Source: a virus (lineage: Duplodnaviria; Caudoviricetes). From it: a DNA stretch of 54,816 bases. The stretch is from IMG/VR virus record IMGVR_UViG_3300028883_000312, positions 1 through 54,816 of that record; one strand, given 5' to 3'. Positions 15,938-27,100 of the stretch are shown here, one piece after another; positions within the stretch are counted from its first letter, which is position 1, and each line of letters starts with the position of its first letter. A program made the translations under genes and the position numbers. The notes beneath the pieces were generated by a model. It was given only the letters and a program-made list of their open reading frames with translations, was not told the DNA's origin and did not search any database.

Positions 15938-18610
15938 ATGGCAAACATTGCCCTGCTGGCTTTTAACCGGGGGCTGGTGTCGAAGCTAGCCCTGGCCCGC
16001 ACGGACATCGAACGGGTTGCCCTTTCCGCCGAGACTATGACCAACTGGATACCCAGGATATTGGGTTCCATGATCCTGCGTCCTGGGAGAAAGTATCTGG
16101 GCACGTCCCTGGATGACAACGCCGCCAATTACCTGCCTTTTATCTTCCGCACCAGCGACAAGGCTGCGATCGAGGTGACTGACCTTAACGTCCGTGTGTG
16201 GGTGAACGATGCGCTGGTGACGCGGGCCAGCGTTTCCACGTCAGTCACTAACAGCGGCTTTGACTCGGACGTGACAAGCTGGACGGACAACGACGAATCT
16301 GGCGCCACGTCAGTCTGGGTGACGGGTGGCTATCTGGGGCTGACCGGGAACAGTACCGCGACCAACGCCGCCAAACGGGAGCAACAGATCACCGTTGCCG
16401 GCGCAGACCAGGGGGTAGAGCATGCCCTGCGCATTGTTATCGAGCGCGGTCCTGTGACCCTGCGCGTGGGTTCTACTTCTGGGGATGATGATTATATCGC
16501 GGAGACTACCCTGCGCACGGGGGAGCATTCCCTGGCCCTGACCCCGACCGGGGACTTTTATATCGAATTCTCCTCACGCCTTAAACGACAAGTGCTGGTC
16601 AATTCATGCACTGTCGAATCCTCTGGGTTCATGGCGATTACCGCACCGTGGGCTGAGGCTGATCTTGGGAAGCTGCGATACGACCAGTCCGGGGACATTG
16701 TGTTTATCGCCTGTGATGGGTATCAGCAGTATCAAATCGAGCGCCGGTCCACCACGTCATGGTCTGTCGTTAAGTACGAGCCCGAGGATGGCCCGTTCCG
16801 CAATATCAATGTCAGCACAGTGACGATCACGCCTGGCGCCCTTTCCGGTAACACGACGTTGACCGCCTCCAAGCCAATATTCAAGAGCGATCATGTGGGG
16901 GCGTTGTTCCGCCTAGCCTCAAGTGGGCAGAAGGTCGAGGCCGATGTCACAGCGGAGAATCAGTTTACCAGCGCGATCAAGGTGACTGGCGTGGACTCTC
17001 AGCGCGTGTTTACCATTATCCGTGCTGGAACATGGAGCGCGACTGTCACTCTGCAGCGCTCACTGACATCAGATTCCGGGCCGTGGGAAGATGTGACCAC
17101 GTATACGACCAATGCGACGATCACCTATGACGATGGCCTGGACAACCAGATCGCGTGGTATCGCATCGGGGTCAAGACCGGAAACTTCACGTCTGGGACC
17201 GTCGAGCTGACCCTGGACTATGCCATTGGCTCGGTATTAGGCATTTCCCGGATAACAGGATATACGAGCAGTACCGTGGTCGATGTGGAGGTTATTGTTG
17301 ATTTTGGCAAGACCGATGCGACCGAGGACTGGTATGAGGGAATATGGTCTACCCTGCGCGGGTATCCTACCGCTGTGAGACTTGCGGAAGGCAGGTTGTG
17401 GTGGTTCGGTCGCGATAAGGTCAATGGCTCGGTCTCTGACAGTTTTGACTCTTTCGATGACAATGTGGAGGGAGATTCCGGGCCGATCAACCGTACAGTC
17501 GGGGGCGGAGCGGTCGATACCATCAACTGGGCGATGTCACTGCAGCGGCTGATCATCGGGGCGGAGGGGGCGGAGTTTCAATGCAAGTCCTCGTCCTTCG
17601 ATGAGATTCTTACCCCGACCAATTTCAATCCCAAGCTGGCATCAACCCAGGGTTCTGCCGCGGTCGGTAGTGAGCAGATCGACAAGATTGGTGTCTATGC
17701 GCAGCGCGGCGGGACACGACTGATGGAAATTTCGCTGGGCGATGACCTGGAGTATGGATCGAATGACCTGAGCCTATTAAATCCAGAAGTCTGTAAACCC
17801 AGGATCGTGCGTATCGCGGTACAACGCCAACCGGACACCCGGATACATTGTGTCTTGTCCGATGGGACCGTGGCCATGATGGTGTTCGACCGGGCGGAGA
17901 AAGTACAGTGCTGGCTCAAGATCACGACCAATGGGCTGATCGAGGATGTTCTTGTGTTGCCGGGTGACGAGGGTGACGATGAGGACCAAGTGTATTATCA
18001 CGTCAACCGGACGATCAATGGGGCGACGGCGCGCTATCTCGAGAAGTGGGCGTTAGAATCGGAGTGCGAGGGGTCTACCCTGAGCCGTAACCTGGATTCC
18101 TACGTGGAGTACTCCGGGGTATCGACCACGACCATCGGCGTACCCCATCTTGAGGGGGAGACCGTGGCCGTCTGGGCCAATGGCAAAGACCTTGGGACGT
18201 ATACTGTGAGCAGTGGGCAGATTACCGGGCTGTCAGAGGCCGTGACCGGCGCGATTGTCGGACAGACGTACACAGCTCAATGGAAATCCACGAAACTGGC
18301 CTATGCGATTCCAAGTGGGACGACATTACTCAGGAAAAAACGCATTACCCATCTTGGGGTGATTTTGCTCAATACTCACTATCAAGGCCTCAAGTACGGC
18401 CCGGATTTTGATACCCTGGATAATATGCCGCTGGTGAAGGACGGCGCGAACCAAGCCGATGACACGGTACACAGCACGTATGATGAAGAGCCCTTTGAGT
18501 TCCAGGGGACGTGGGATTCTGATGCGCGGTTATGTTTACAGGCAACCGCCCCAAGACCGGTCAATATTCTGGCAGCCGTATTAGAGGTGGAATCGCATGG
18601 AAAAGGCTGA
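15938..18610 (+). CDS. Tail tubular protein B / nozzle (T7 gp12-like)
   Basis: AFNRGLVS...ARTD N-terminus, GYPTAV..EGRLW, C-terminal PRPVNILA; 890 aa. Confidence 0.8.
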   Translation: MANIALLAFNRGLVSKLALARTDIERVALSAETMTNWIPRILGSMILRPGRKYLGTSLDDNAANYLPFIFRTSDKAAIEVTDLNVRVWVNDALVTRASVSTSVTNSGFDSDVTSWTDNDESGATSVWVTGGYLGLTGNSTATNAAKREQQITVAGADQGVEHALRIVIERGPVTLRVGSTSGDDDYIAETTLRTGEHSLALTPTGDFYIEFSSRLKRQVLVNSCTVESSGFMAITAPWAEADLGKLRYDQSGDIVFIACDGYQQYQIERRSTTSWSVVKYEPEDGPFRNINVSTVTITPGALSGNTTLTASKPIFKSDHVGALFRLASSGQKVEADVTAENQFTSAIKVTGVDSQRVFTIIRAGTWSATVTLQRSLTSDSGPWEDVTTYTTNATITYDDGLDNQIAWYRIGVKTGNFTSGTVELTLDYAIGSVLGISRITGYTSSTVVDVEVIVDFGKTDATEDWYEGIWSTLRGYPTAVRLAEGRLWWFGRDKVNGSVSDSFDSFDDNVEGDSGPINRTVGGGAVDTINWAMSLQRLIIGAEGAEFQCKSSSFDEILTPTNFNPKLASTQGSAAVGSEQIDKIGVYAQRGGTRLMEISLGDDLEYGSNDLSLLNPEVCKPRIVRIAVQRQPDTRIHCVLSDGTVAMMVFDRAEKVQCWLKITTNGLIEDVLVLPGDEGDDEDQVYYHVNRTINGATARYLEKWALESECEGSTLSRNLDSYVEYSGVSTTTIGVPHLEGETVAVWANGKDLGTYTVSSGQITGLSEAVTGAIVGQTYTAQWKSTKLAYAIPSGTTLLRKKRITHLGVILLNTHYQGLKYGPDFDTLDNMPLVKDGANQADDTVHSTYDEEPFEFQGTWDSDARLCLQATAPRPVNILAAVLEVESHGKG

Positions 18611-18950
18611 GATTGTGAACGCGAATCCTGATCTGATGCAGCGGTTTTATGGGGAGCCGCCGGCAAAGACCGTGCGGGCCAAAGTCGTGGTCCGTGGCGA
18701 GGAGATTCTGGGGGTGGTAGGCACCTACCTGGATGAGGGTCTGACCATCCTATTCTCTGATTACACGGATGAGCTTCGAGCCCATTACAAAGTGGCCCTG
18801 CTCAAATCCGCCAAGGCGGCGTTGCGCACGATAGACAAACGGTTCCCCGTGATTTCCCAGGCGGACCCGGAGATTCCAGGATCAGGGAAGTTATTGCAGC
18901 ATTTAGGTTTTGAGCCTTTGGTCGAGGAGATATACCTATGGCGCAATTAG
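18597..18950 (+). CDS. Internal virion protein A-like (gp13-like, GNAT-fold remnant)
   Basis: Position after the nozzle; KLLQHLGFE C-terminal motif. Confidence 0.55.
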   Translation: MEKAEIVNANPDLMQRFYGEPPAKTVRAKVVVRGEEILGVVGTYLDEGLTILFSDYTDELRAHYKVALLKSAKAALRTIDKRFPVISQADPEIPGSGKLLQHLGFEPLVEEIYLWRN

Positions 18951-19435
18951 CGGCACTGATGGGTGGGATGAGCATGCTGGCGAAAGCGCGTGGGGCGATT
19001 GATGCTTCACGGACAGCCGAGTGGTCCGGTGAGCAAGAGCAAATCGCCAAGGAGTATGAAGCGGCGGAACTGGACCGCGCGGCAGGGCAGTCGATTGCTG
19101 CTTCCCAGCGTTCAGCGGCTGAGCAGCGTCGAATTGCCCGTTATGCAAGTTCCCGGACCTTAGCCGTCGCGGCGGCGAGCGGCGGCGCCGATGATCCTGG
19201 CGTGATCAATATCATGGCGGACCTGGATGCAGAAGGGGCTTACAGGGCGGCGGTAGCCATGTACCAGGGTGAGGAGCAGGCCCGGTCCTATCGCACCAGT
19301 GCCAATCTACGCCGGCATGAGGGCAGGCTTGCCAAGGAGGCGGGACAGCAGCGGTCGCGTGCGCTGCGCACCCAGGCCGTGGGGTCACTGATGGAAGGTG
19401 GCGCATCGATGTTCACTAAATTCGGGACAGGATAA
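18938..19435 (+). CDS. Ejection protein (gp14-like)
   Basis: Ala/Gly/Gln-rich, AAASGG; synteny. Confidence 0.65.
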   Translation: MAQLAALMGGMSMLAKARGAIDASRTAEWSGEQEQIAKEYEAAELDRAAGQSIAASQRSAAEQRRIARYASSRTLAVAAASGGADDPGVINIMADLDAEGAYRAAVAMYQGEEQARSYRTSANLRRHEGRLAKEAGQQRSRALRTQAVGSLMEGGASMFTKFGTG

Positions 19436-21192
19436 TGCCGAAACTACCCGACGCACAATCGTTAGGACAGCGGCCAACCCCTTCGCCGGCCATGGCCAAT
19501 GCCCGCTATCAGCCTACAACTGGGGCGGAGGATGCCCAGGCGCGGGCTCTGATGGCGTTCGGTGATGATATGGGGCAGGTCAGTGACCAACTGTTCCGTG
19601 CGCAGGAGAAAATAGACACGCTGAGGGCGGAGGAGGCCTTTACCGAGCTACGCAATCAGCAGCTGGACATGACGAACGGGGAGGAGGGCTTTGCCCAGCG
19701 CCGAGGCCGGGATGCCCTGGGTAAACCGTTTATCGATGATTATGTGCAACGCTTCGACACGGCGACAGAGACCATCGGCAATAAGCTGGATGATAGAGCA
19801 CGTAAGCTGTTCAATAAGCGCTCACAAGTCGCAAAATTGCAGTACCGCCAAGACCTGTTGGGGCACTCTGCGAAAGAGGCCGATACCTATGCCCGGCAAG
19901 TGTTCGAGTCCTCTCTGGATAGCGAGATCAAAAACGCCTCCAACCACTGGCAGAATCCCAAGGATGTCGCCTTGTCTCTTGAGCGTATCAAGTTCGTGAT
20001 CAGTGAAGAAGCTGACCGTCTGAACCTGCCGGCCAAGAAAACCAAGGCCTTGAGGGATGATGCGATCTCGAAAGTCCATGCCAATGTGATCGAACGCATG
20101 CTGATCAATGACCAGGATTTGGCGGCATCCGTGTACTACCAGGGGAACAAGAAGCAGGTCATGGGCGATGACGCGGCGCCGATTGAAAAGGCCTTGGCCG
20201 AGGGCAGTCTACGTGGAGAGTCCCGGCGCAGAGCGGATGAGATTTTTGGCAAGTACCAGACCGAGGGGCAGGCCTTGGCCGAAGTGGACAAGATCAAAGA
20301 CCCGAAAGTAGCGGACGCCACTCGTCAACGGGTCAAGCAGAAGTATGCCGACGATCAAAATGAGTACAAGCTGTCCCTGGAAAAAGCGTACACCGATGCC
20401 CTACAGACGGTAGAGGCGTCGGGATCAACGGACAATATCCCTCCCAACAAGTGGGTCAATGTGCTGACCGAGGACCATCGAAAAGCCTTGGAGAAGCGCG
20501 CGGCGGAGATACGTGAGGGGAAAGAGCCTGAGCTAAACAAGGACAAGTGGATGGCCTTCCTGGACCTACCGACGAATAAGTTAGCTGCCCTGAACCAGGA
20601 TGAGGTAGACGTGAATTACTTAATGCACTTTGACCGTGATCGCCGGATTGAAGCGTTAAACCGCTGGCAGTCCGCGCGCAAGTCCTTGCAAGGCGATCCC
20701 ATGGCGAAAGTCGAGCATGCCAGCACGATACAGTTCGATGACATTGTGGACGGCCTGGCCCGACAGATGAATGTCCTGCCCAAAGGGAAGTCAAAAGCCA
20801 AGCTCTCGCAGGAGCAGTGGACGCGCTACAACGCGCTACGCACGGGAGCTGATACAGAGATCAAGCAGTTTGAGCGTAACGAGCTGGGCGGGAAACGCAA
20901 AGCGACCAGTGAAGAGATGACTAAGATCGTCAACCGGGTCATGGCCAAGCAGGTATTTGTCGATGAGTGGGGAACAGACCCACAACGGCCAGTCGTGACC
21001 CTGACAGAGGAGGAGCGTGGTCAAGCGTACATCCCGATCAAAAAGATACCAGCCGAGTCGGTGCTGGCGCTGCGTCGCAAGGCTGAGGAGATGGGTATTA
21101 CCATCAACCAAAGGCAGATTGAGAGAGCGTATGCGGCGGCGGTCATGGACTCGCCGGATGAAGTGATTATTGGCATTTTGGAGGGCAGATAA
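19435..21192 (+). CDS. Ejection protein (gp15-like)
   Basis: Helical 585 aa, MPKLP start; synteny. Confidence 0.65.
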   Translation: MPKLPDAQSLGQRPTPSPAMANARYQPTTGAEDAQARALMAFGDDMGQVSDQLFRAQEKIDTLRAEEAFTELRNQQLDMTNGEEGFAQRRGRDALGKPFIDDYVQRFDTATETIGNKLDDRARKLFNKRSQVAKLQYRQDLLGHSAKEADTYARQVFESSLDSEIKNASNHWQNPKDVALSLERIKFVISEEADRLNLPAKKTKALRDDAISKVHANVIERMLINDQDLAASVYYQGNKKQVMGDDAAPIEKALAEGSLRGESRRRADEIFGKYQTEGQALAEVDKIKDPKVADATRQRVKQKYADDQNEYKLSLEKAYTDALQTVEASGSTDNIPPNKWVNVLTEDHRKALEKRAAEIREGKEPELNKDKWMAFLDLPTNKLAALNQDEVDVNYLMHFDRDRRIEALNRWQSARKSLQGDPMAKVEHASTIQFDDIVDGLARQMNVLPKGKSKAKLSQEQWTRYNALRTGADTEIKQFERNELGGKRKATSEEMTKIVNRVMAKQVFVDEWGTDPQRPVVTLTEEERGQAYIPIKKIPAESVLALRRKAEEMGITINQRQIERAYAAAVMDSPDEVIIGILEGR

Positions 21193-24100
21193 TGGGCGAG
21201 CTGTCCAAACTGATCACAGGACCGGCAGAACCCAAAGCCCCTGACCAGCCAACCGGTCTGGCGCAACAGATCCGAGGGGGGCCGAGTGACGCGACGCGCA
21301 TGGACCTGTCGATGAAAAACGCGGAGTCACCGGATACCGCGGCCCGCATCCTCAAAATGCAGCAACGCACAAGACTGCCCCTTGAGGTGATCTCCCAGAA
21401 CCTGGAGATGATTGAGACCGAGGCCAAGTCCAAGGACTTTGACCGCGATGCGTTTGCCCGGGAAAACCCGATTGTCTCGAAATGGTTAGGGGAAAACCCG
21501 CAGCACGCAGCGCTGGCTCAAGATGATTTCAATAATCTGGGTACGTTTGAATGGTTGTTAAAAGCCCCTGCCCGTGCGTTTAAACGCGGACAGCTGCAAG
21601 TCGAGGCCGGCACCCTGTCCTATCAGTCCCTGTACGGCGATCTGACCCCGGAACAAGAGGCCAGGATGAAGGAGGCCCATGAGGGGTCCATGGCTGGCGG
21701 TGAGTTGGGCGCGGAGGGGTTTTTCGGTCGTGCCGCGGTCGGTGGTGCGCAGTACCTGCCTCAGTTCCTGGAGCAGACTAGGCGCGGTGCGGAAACTGGC
21801 CTGACCCTGGGCATGGGGATGGGTGCGATTACTGCTGCAGCAGGACAGGCCGGGCCACAAGTCGCAGCGCCCGAGGAATTGATTACCGTTCCTGCCGCCT
21901 TCTTTGGTGGTCTGGGGGTAGGGATGCTTAGTGAGTCCGCCATGTTCGGTTTTCAGCAAGAGGCGGGGCATGCCTTCCTGGAGTTCAAGGAGTTCAAGGA
22001 TGACCAAGGCCAACCCCTAGACCCGGAAATTGCCAGGGTTGCGGCGATGGTCGCCGGATCGATGAACGCCGCCCTGGAAGCCGTGCAGTTAAAGATATTG
22101 ATCAAGACCATCCCCGGCGCCGACAAGATGCTGGGCCAGGGGCCGAGAGAGGCTATCAAAGCCTCCCTCAGGTCGCCTACGATACGCCAGGCCATGACCG
22201 ATATGTTGAAGGAGTATGGCGGTGCGCTCACGAAAGAAACCGCCACAGAAGTCCTCCAGCGGGCTGTCACGATACTTTCCGGGGAGGTGGGTAAGGCATC
22301 GAGCGGTCAGAACTTCCAGTACAAAGCCCCTGGGGAGATCGGTGAGGAACTACTTGAAGAGGGCGCGGGTGCCGTTGAGTCGTTTTTCTTCCCCTTGATG
22401 CCGGGCCCGGGTGTGCGTGGCGGGATGAACGTGCGTCAAGCGAAACAGGCCAAACAACAACAGCAATACTTTGAAGCGCTCGGAGAAACAGCGGCAAACT
22501 CCAAATTAAGAGAGCGGCTTCCTGAGAAATATCAAGAGGTTATCGACCGTTTGACGAAAGAGGGTCCGGTGGAAACCGTGTATGCGCCGGTCGAATTCTT
22601 CCAGGAATACTGGGAAAGCAAGGGGCTGGACCCCCGGCAGGTAGCCACAGAAATGTTGGGGAATTCTGAGGCGTATGACGAGGCTTTACAGACTGGCGCC
22701 AAACTGGCCATCCCGACAGGTATCTACGCGAGGCGCATTGCCCCGACCGAGCATAATGCCGCCTTCTCCCGCGAAATGACGTTCTCCCCAGACGCATTGA
22801 ACCTACGGGAAACCGAGGAAGTCGAGAAGCAGCTGGGTGAGACTGCCGAGGAGATGGATATTACCGAGCCGTCTACGGACGTGCGCGAGGACGTGCTGGG
22901 GCAATTACAGGGTGCTGGCTTTGATCCTGGGACTGCGGAGGCCTATGCCGACTTGTACGGGTCTACATTCCGCGCCCTGGGTGAGCGTACCGGCCAAGAC
23001 CCCATGGCCTTGTATCAACGCTATGGACTGGGAATAACCCGCCCCCTGCCCGATGTGCTGCAGGATGTGGGCAGAACCGACGCGGTGGACGTGATGCTGG
23101 ACCGGTTGCGCACCGGCAAATTGCCGACCGATACCGAGATTTTTGGCCAGTCCTTGACCCAGTTCCTGAAAAAGCAGGGCGGACTACAGGACCAGGGTGG
23201 AGAATTGGCGGCCCGTGACCTGAAAAAGGCTGTCCGCGGCCTGGTGAAGGAGACCGGACGGACCCTGGATGACGCGGCTGAGGTTGCAGTACAGGCCGGA
23301 TACCTGACCGAGCGTGATCCCAATGCCTTGCTGGCGGCTATCGATAAAGAGCTGGGTGGCCAGGCGGTGTACGCCGGCACTCCTCAGACCACCATGCTGG
23401 ACATGCGCACGGCCATGGAGCAGCTGCAGGAGTACCTGGATGCCGCCAATATCAACCTGGAGGAGACCGACAACGCCACGATCAAAAAGCTGTTGAGAGA
23501 GGCTGGTACCGAGGGGACAGGGCAAGAGCTTGAGCAATCCACCCAGTCCGAAGCCTTCAAAAAATGGTTCGGGGACTCCAAGGTGGTGGATGAGGATGGC
23601 GAGCCATTGGTGGTGTATCACGGCACCACGCATGACATAGAGTCATTTACCCAAGATCGCGGCAACCTGGAGAATGATCTTGGCATAGGTTATTACTTCA
23701 CCACTTCACAGGACGATGTATCAATCAATTACGCAGGCGAGGGTCCAGATTTAACGCAGCGCATTGAGTTGCTTGCCCAGCGCATTGAAAGCGAGCAAGA
23801 GATAGAAATGGACGAGGCGCGCGAGCAGGCGCGGAAACAGTTATCTGGTGGTTCGCCCAATGTCATCCCTGCGTACATATCATTACAGAACCCCGTTATC
23901 TTCGGCGGGGAAAATGAAACCCAGCTTGGCGGTATCGAATTTGATGAGGAAACCGGGGAGGAGTCTGGGCCTGGTGTTGACCTGTTTAATGCTCTTGAGA
24001 TGGTGGCTACAGAATTTGATGATGTTGATGCGCCCAAGATTTGGGATGACATTTCTGACTATGTTATGGATGGCATAGGGGTGAGTGAGTTGTTTGCTCA

Positions 24101-27100
24101 GATTAAAAAATCAGAAGGCGCGGCATATCTTACCAATGAAAACGGTGAACTGGCTGTTGGGGAATATATCCGCCGGGTATTTGAATACTTGGACTATGAC
24201 GGCATTATTGACAACACTGTTGATGAAAAATTTGGTTCATCCAGGAAGATGGGTAAAAAAATGGAGGGCGTTTACCCGGATACTGCGCACATCATTGCCT
24301 TTAAGCCTGAGCAAATCAAATCCGCCATTGGCAACCGAGGCACCTTCGACCCTGCCGACCCGCGCATTCTGTTCCAGGACATGACCGGCTCCCTGGAGGT
24401 ATTTCTTGGCAAACAGGAAACCGCGCGCCAACGTCGCCGGCAAGCCGCCCAACTGACCATCGGCATGAGAACCCAGGATGATAAGGTCATCGCCGGAAAG
24501 CCCGGACAGATGCACTTTAACCTAATGCAGGATCATCCCAAGGCCGCGAAAGGGGCACAGATGGGCTTTGTGGATAAGGATGGAAAATTCTACTCCCGTG
24601 CCGAGGCCGCGCAGGCGTTCGGTGTATCGGACTCCAAAGAGCTGTTCCAGGATGCCCCCATGTTCTACTCCGCTGTGCTGGATGCTGCCGAGGCGATCAA
24701 GCAGCCCAAAGGCAGCCCGGATCAGATGCTGGCTCAGATCAAAAAGACCCCCGGTGTTAAGCAGGAGGAGCTGGACTGGATTGGCCTTGAGGCATGGATG
24801 AAGGAACAGGGCAAGAGCGTGACTAAGCAGGAGGTCGCTGACTTTATCCGTGCCAACCAGATCGAGGTCGAGGAGACCGTGCTTGGCAAGTCGGACGAGC
24901 AGGCAAATCTTGAGGCGGTACAGGACAAGTTTGTAGATGTGTTCATGGCACAGAACTGGGACCGTCGCCAAGCCCGTGAGGCAGCGTATGAGGCTGTGCG
25001 CGGAGAATTCACTAAGGCGCAGATTAAGCGCTTCACTCCTGAGCAGCATGCGGTCATTGCCGAAATCAAAGAGGCCTACGAGGCCAGAGAGGCCGCCGTT
25101 CAGGAAGTTGGAGAAGGACCAACAAAATTCGACGAATACCAGCTACCCGGTGGTGAGAAGTATCGGGAGCTGTTACTGAGGTTGCCTAAACTTGGTGTTT
25201 CCGGTGGACTCAAAGCAATCACGCTGCAAGAGGCGGATGATCTAATAACCAACAACGAGGCGGTGGAAATTAGACGCAATGGCCAGTTTGTTGGCAATGC
25301 TATCAGTGCGTTTGGACTTGATAAATACCGAGAAGATAAAACAGTAACATTCCATCATTATGTGGTGCCTGACGCCAAAGATTTTACCTCTGGCCACTTC
25401 GACCAGCCCAACATCCTTGCCCACATCCGCTTTAACGAGCGCACCGATGCCGAGGGCAAGCGCGTCCTGTTCATTGAGGAAGTGCAGAGTGATTGGCATC
25501 AGAAGGGGCGGAAAGAGGGGTACGATACCGGAGAATCAGCCAAGCAGCTTGATGCGGCCCAAAAAGAACTATCCGAGGCAGAGCAGGCTTATGATGAAAG
25601 AATAAAACAAATACCGAAAAAAGAATTTGCGGCGATGAAGCTATCAGAAGTACAGGCTCTCCAGGAGGCTGAGCGTGTAGCTGCTGCGAAAGAAAAGGTA
25701 TTTAGATTGCAGCGCACGGACGCAGTCCCAGACGCCCCTTTCAAAACCACATGGCCCCTCCTTGCCATGAAACGCATGATCCGCTATGCCGCTGAGAATG
25801 GCTTTGAGCGCATTGCCTGGACGACTGGTGAGCAGCAGGCAGAGCGGTATGATTTGAGTAAGAAGGTCGATGCTATTCAGTACGCTCTGTATGCTGATGA
25901 TGAAGTTGATGTTTACTACATAAAAGACGGTGACCAAAACAAAATAGGACGTTATGCGCTGGACAAACTTCCTGATGTGGTTGGCAAGGATATGGCCGAC
26001 AAAATAGCGGAAGATGTCAAGAAAGGCGAGGTAAATGGAGAATATACCGGCAATGACCTAAAAGTTGGCGGCGAAGGCATGAAGTCCTTTTATGACAAAG
26101 TGCTCCCCAGTGCGATCAACAAGTATGTCAAGAAGTGGGGTGGGAAGGTTGGGATTGGTAAAGTTACAGCAGCGAATCTTGATATAAGTAAACGCCCAAA
26201 TATGGACGAAATAGCAAGAGAAATGTTTGGCGCAAACTTCTACGACATAACAGAGGAACAGTCTCTCGTAGTAAATGAGGAGTCAAGGAAGCGTGAAACA
26301 GAGTGGAATAAATCCCCCGTCGCTGATATGGAGGCTCACTCGCTTAACATTACCCCTGACATGCGCAAGGCCGCTATGGCCGGGCAACCCCTATTCCAAC
26401 GCGGGCCCACCGACAAACGCGGCTCCATCCGTTTTGGTGAGGACCGTCAATTCACTATCTCCCTGTTCGAGAAAGCCGATTTATCGACGTTTCTGCATGA
26501 ATCCGGGCATTTTTACCTGGAAGTGTTGGCGGACTTGGCTACAGCCACTGATGCGCCGACACAGATGCAGGAGGATTTTGGCACCCTGTTGAAATGGCTG
26601 GGAGTGGAAAGCCGGGAACAGATCGGCACGAAACAGCATGAGCAGTTTGCCCGTGGATTCGAGGCCTACCTGATGGAAGGCAAAGCGCCCAGCGCTGACC
26701 TGCGGATGATTTTCGCCAAGTTCCGCGCCTGGCTGGTATCGATCTACCGTCAACTGCGCAAGCTGAATGTCACGCTGAATAATGACGTGAGGGCGGTCAT
26801 GGACCGGATGCTGGCCACAGACGCTGAGATTGAAGCGGCCAAGACCGAGGCCGATACGGCACCGATGTTCACTACCCCAGAACAGGCCGGCATGACCGAT
26901 ATTCAGTTTGAGGCCTATCGCAAGACGATTGAGCAGGCCAATGCCCAGGCTACCGAGGAGCTGGAACAAAAGTTGATGCGCGAGTACCAGCGGGAGCAGC
27001 AAAAATGGTGGAAAGAGGCCTACGCCACGATGCGCAAAGAGGTGGCGGATGAGGTCAATAAACAACCCGCCTATATCGCGCTGGACTTTCTGCAGAAGGG

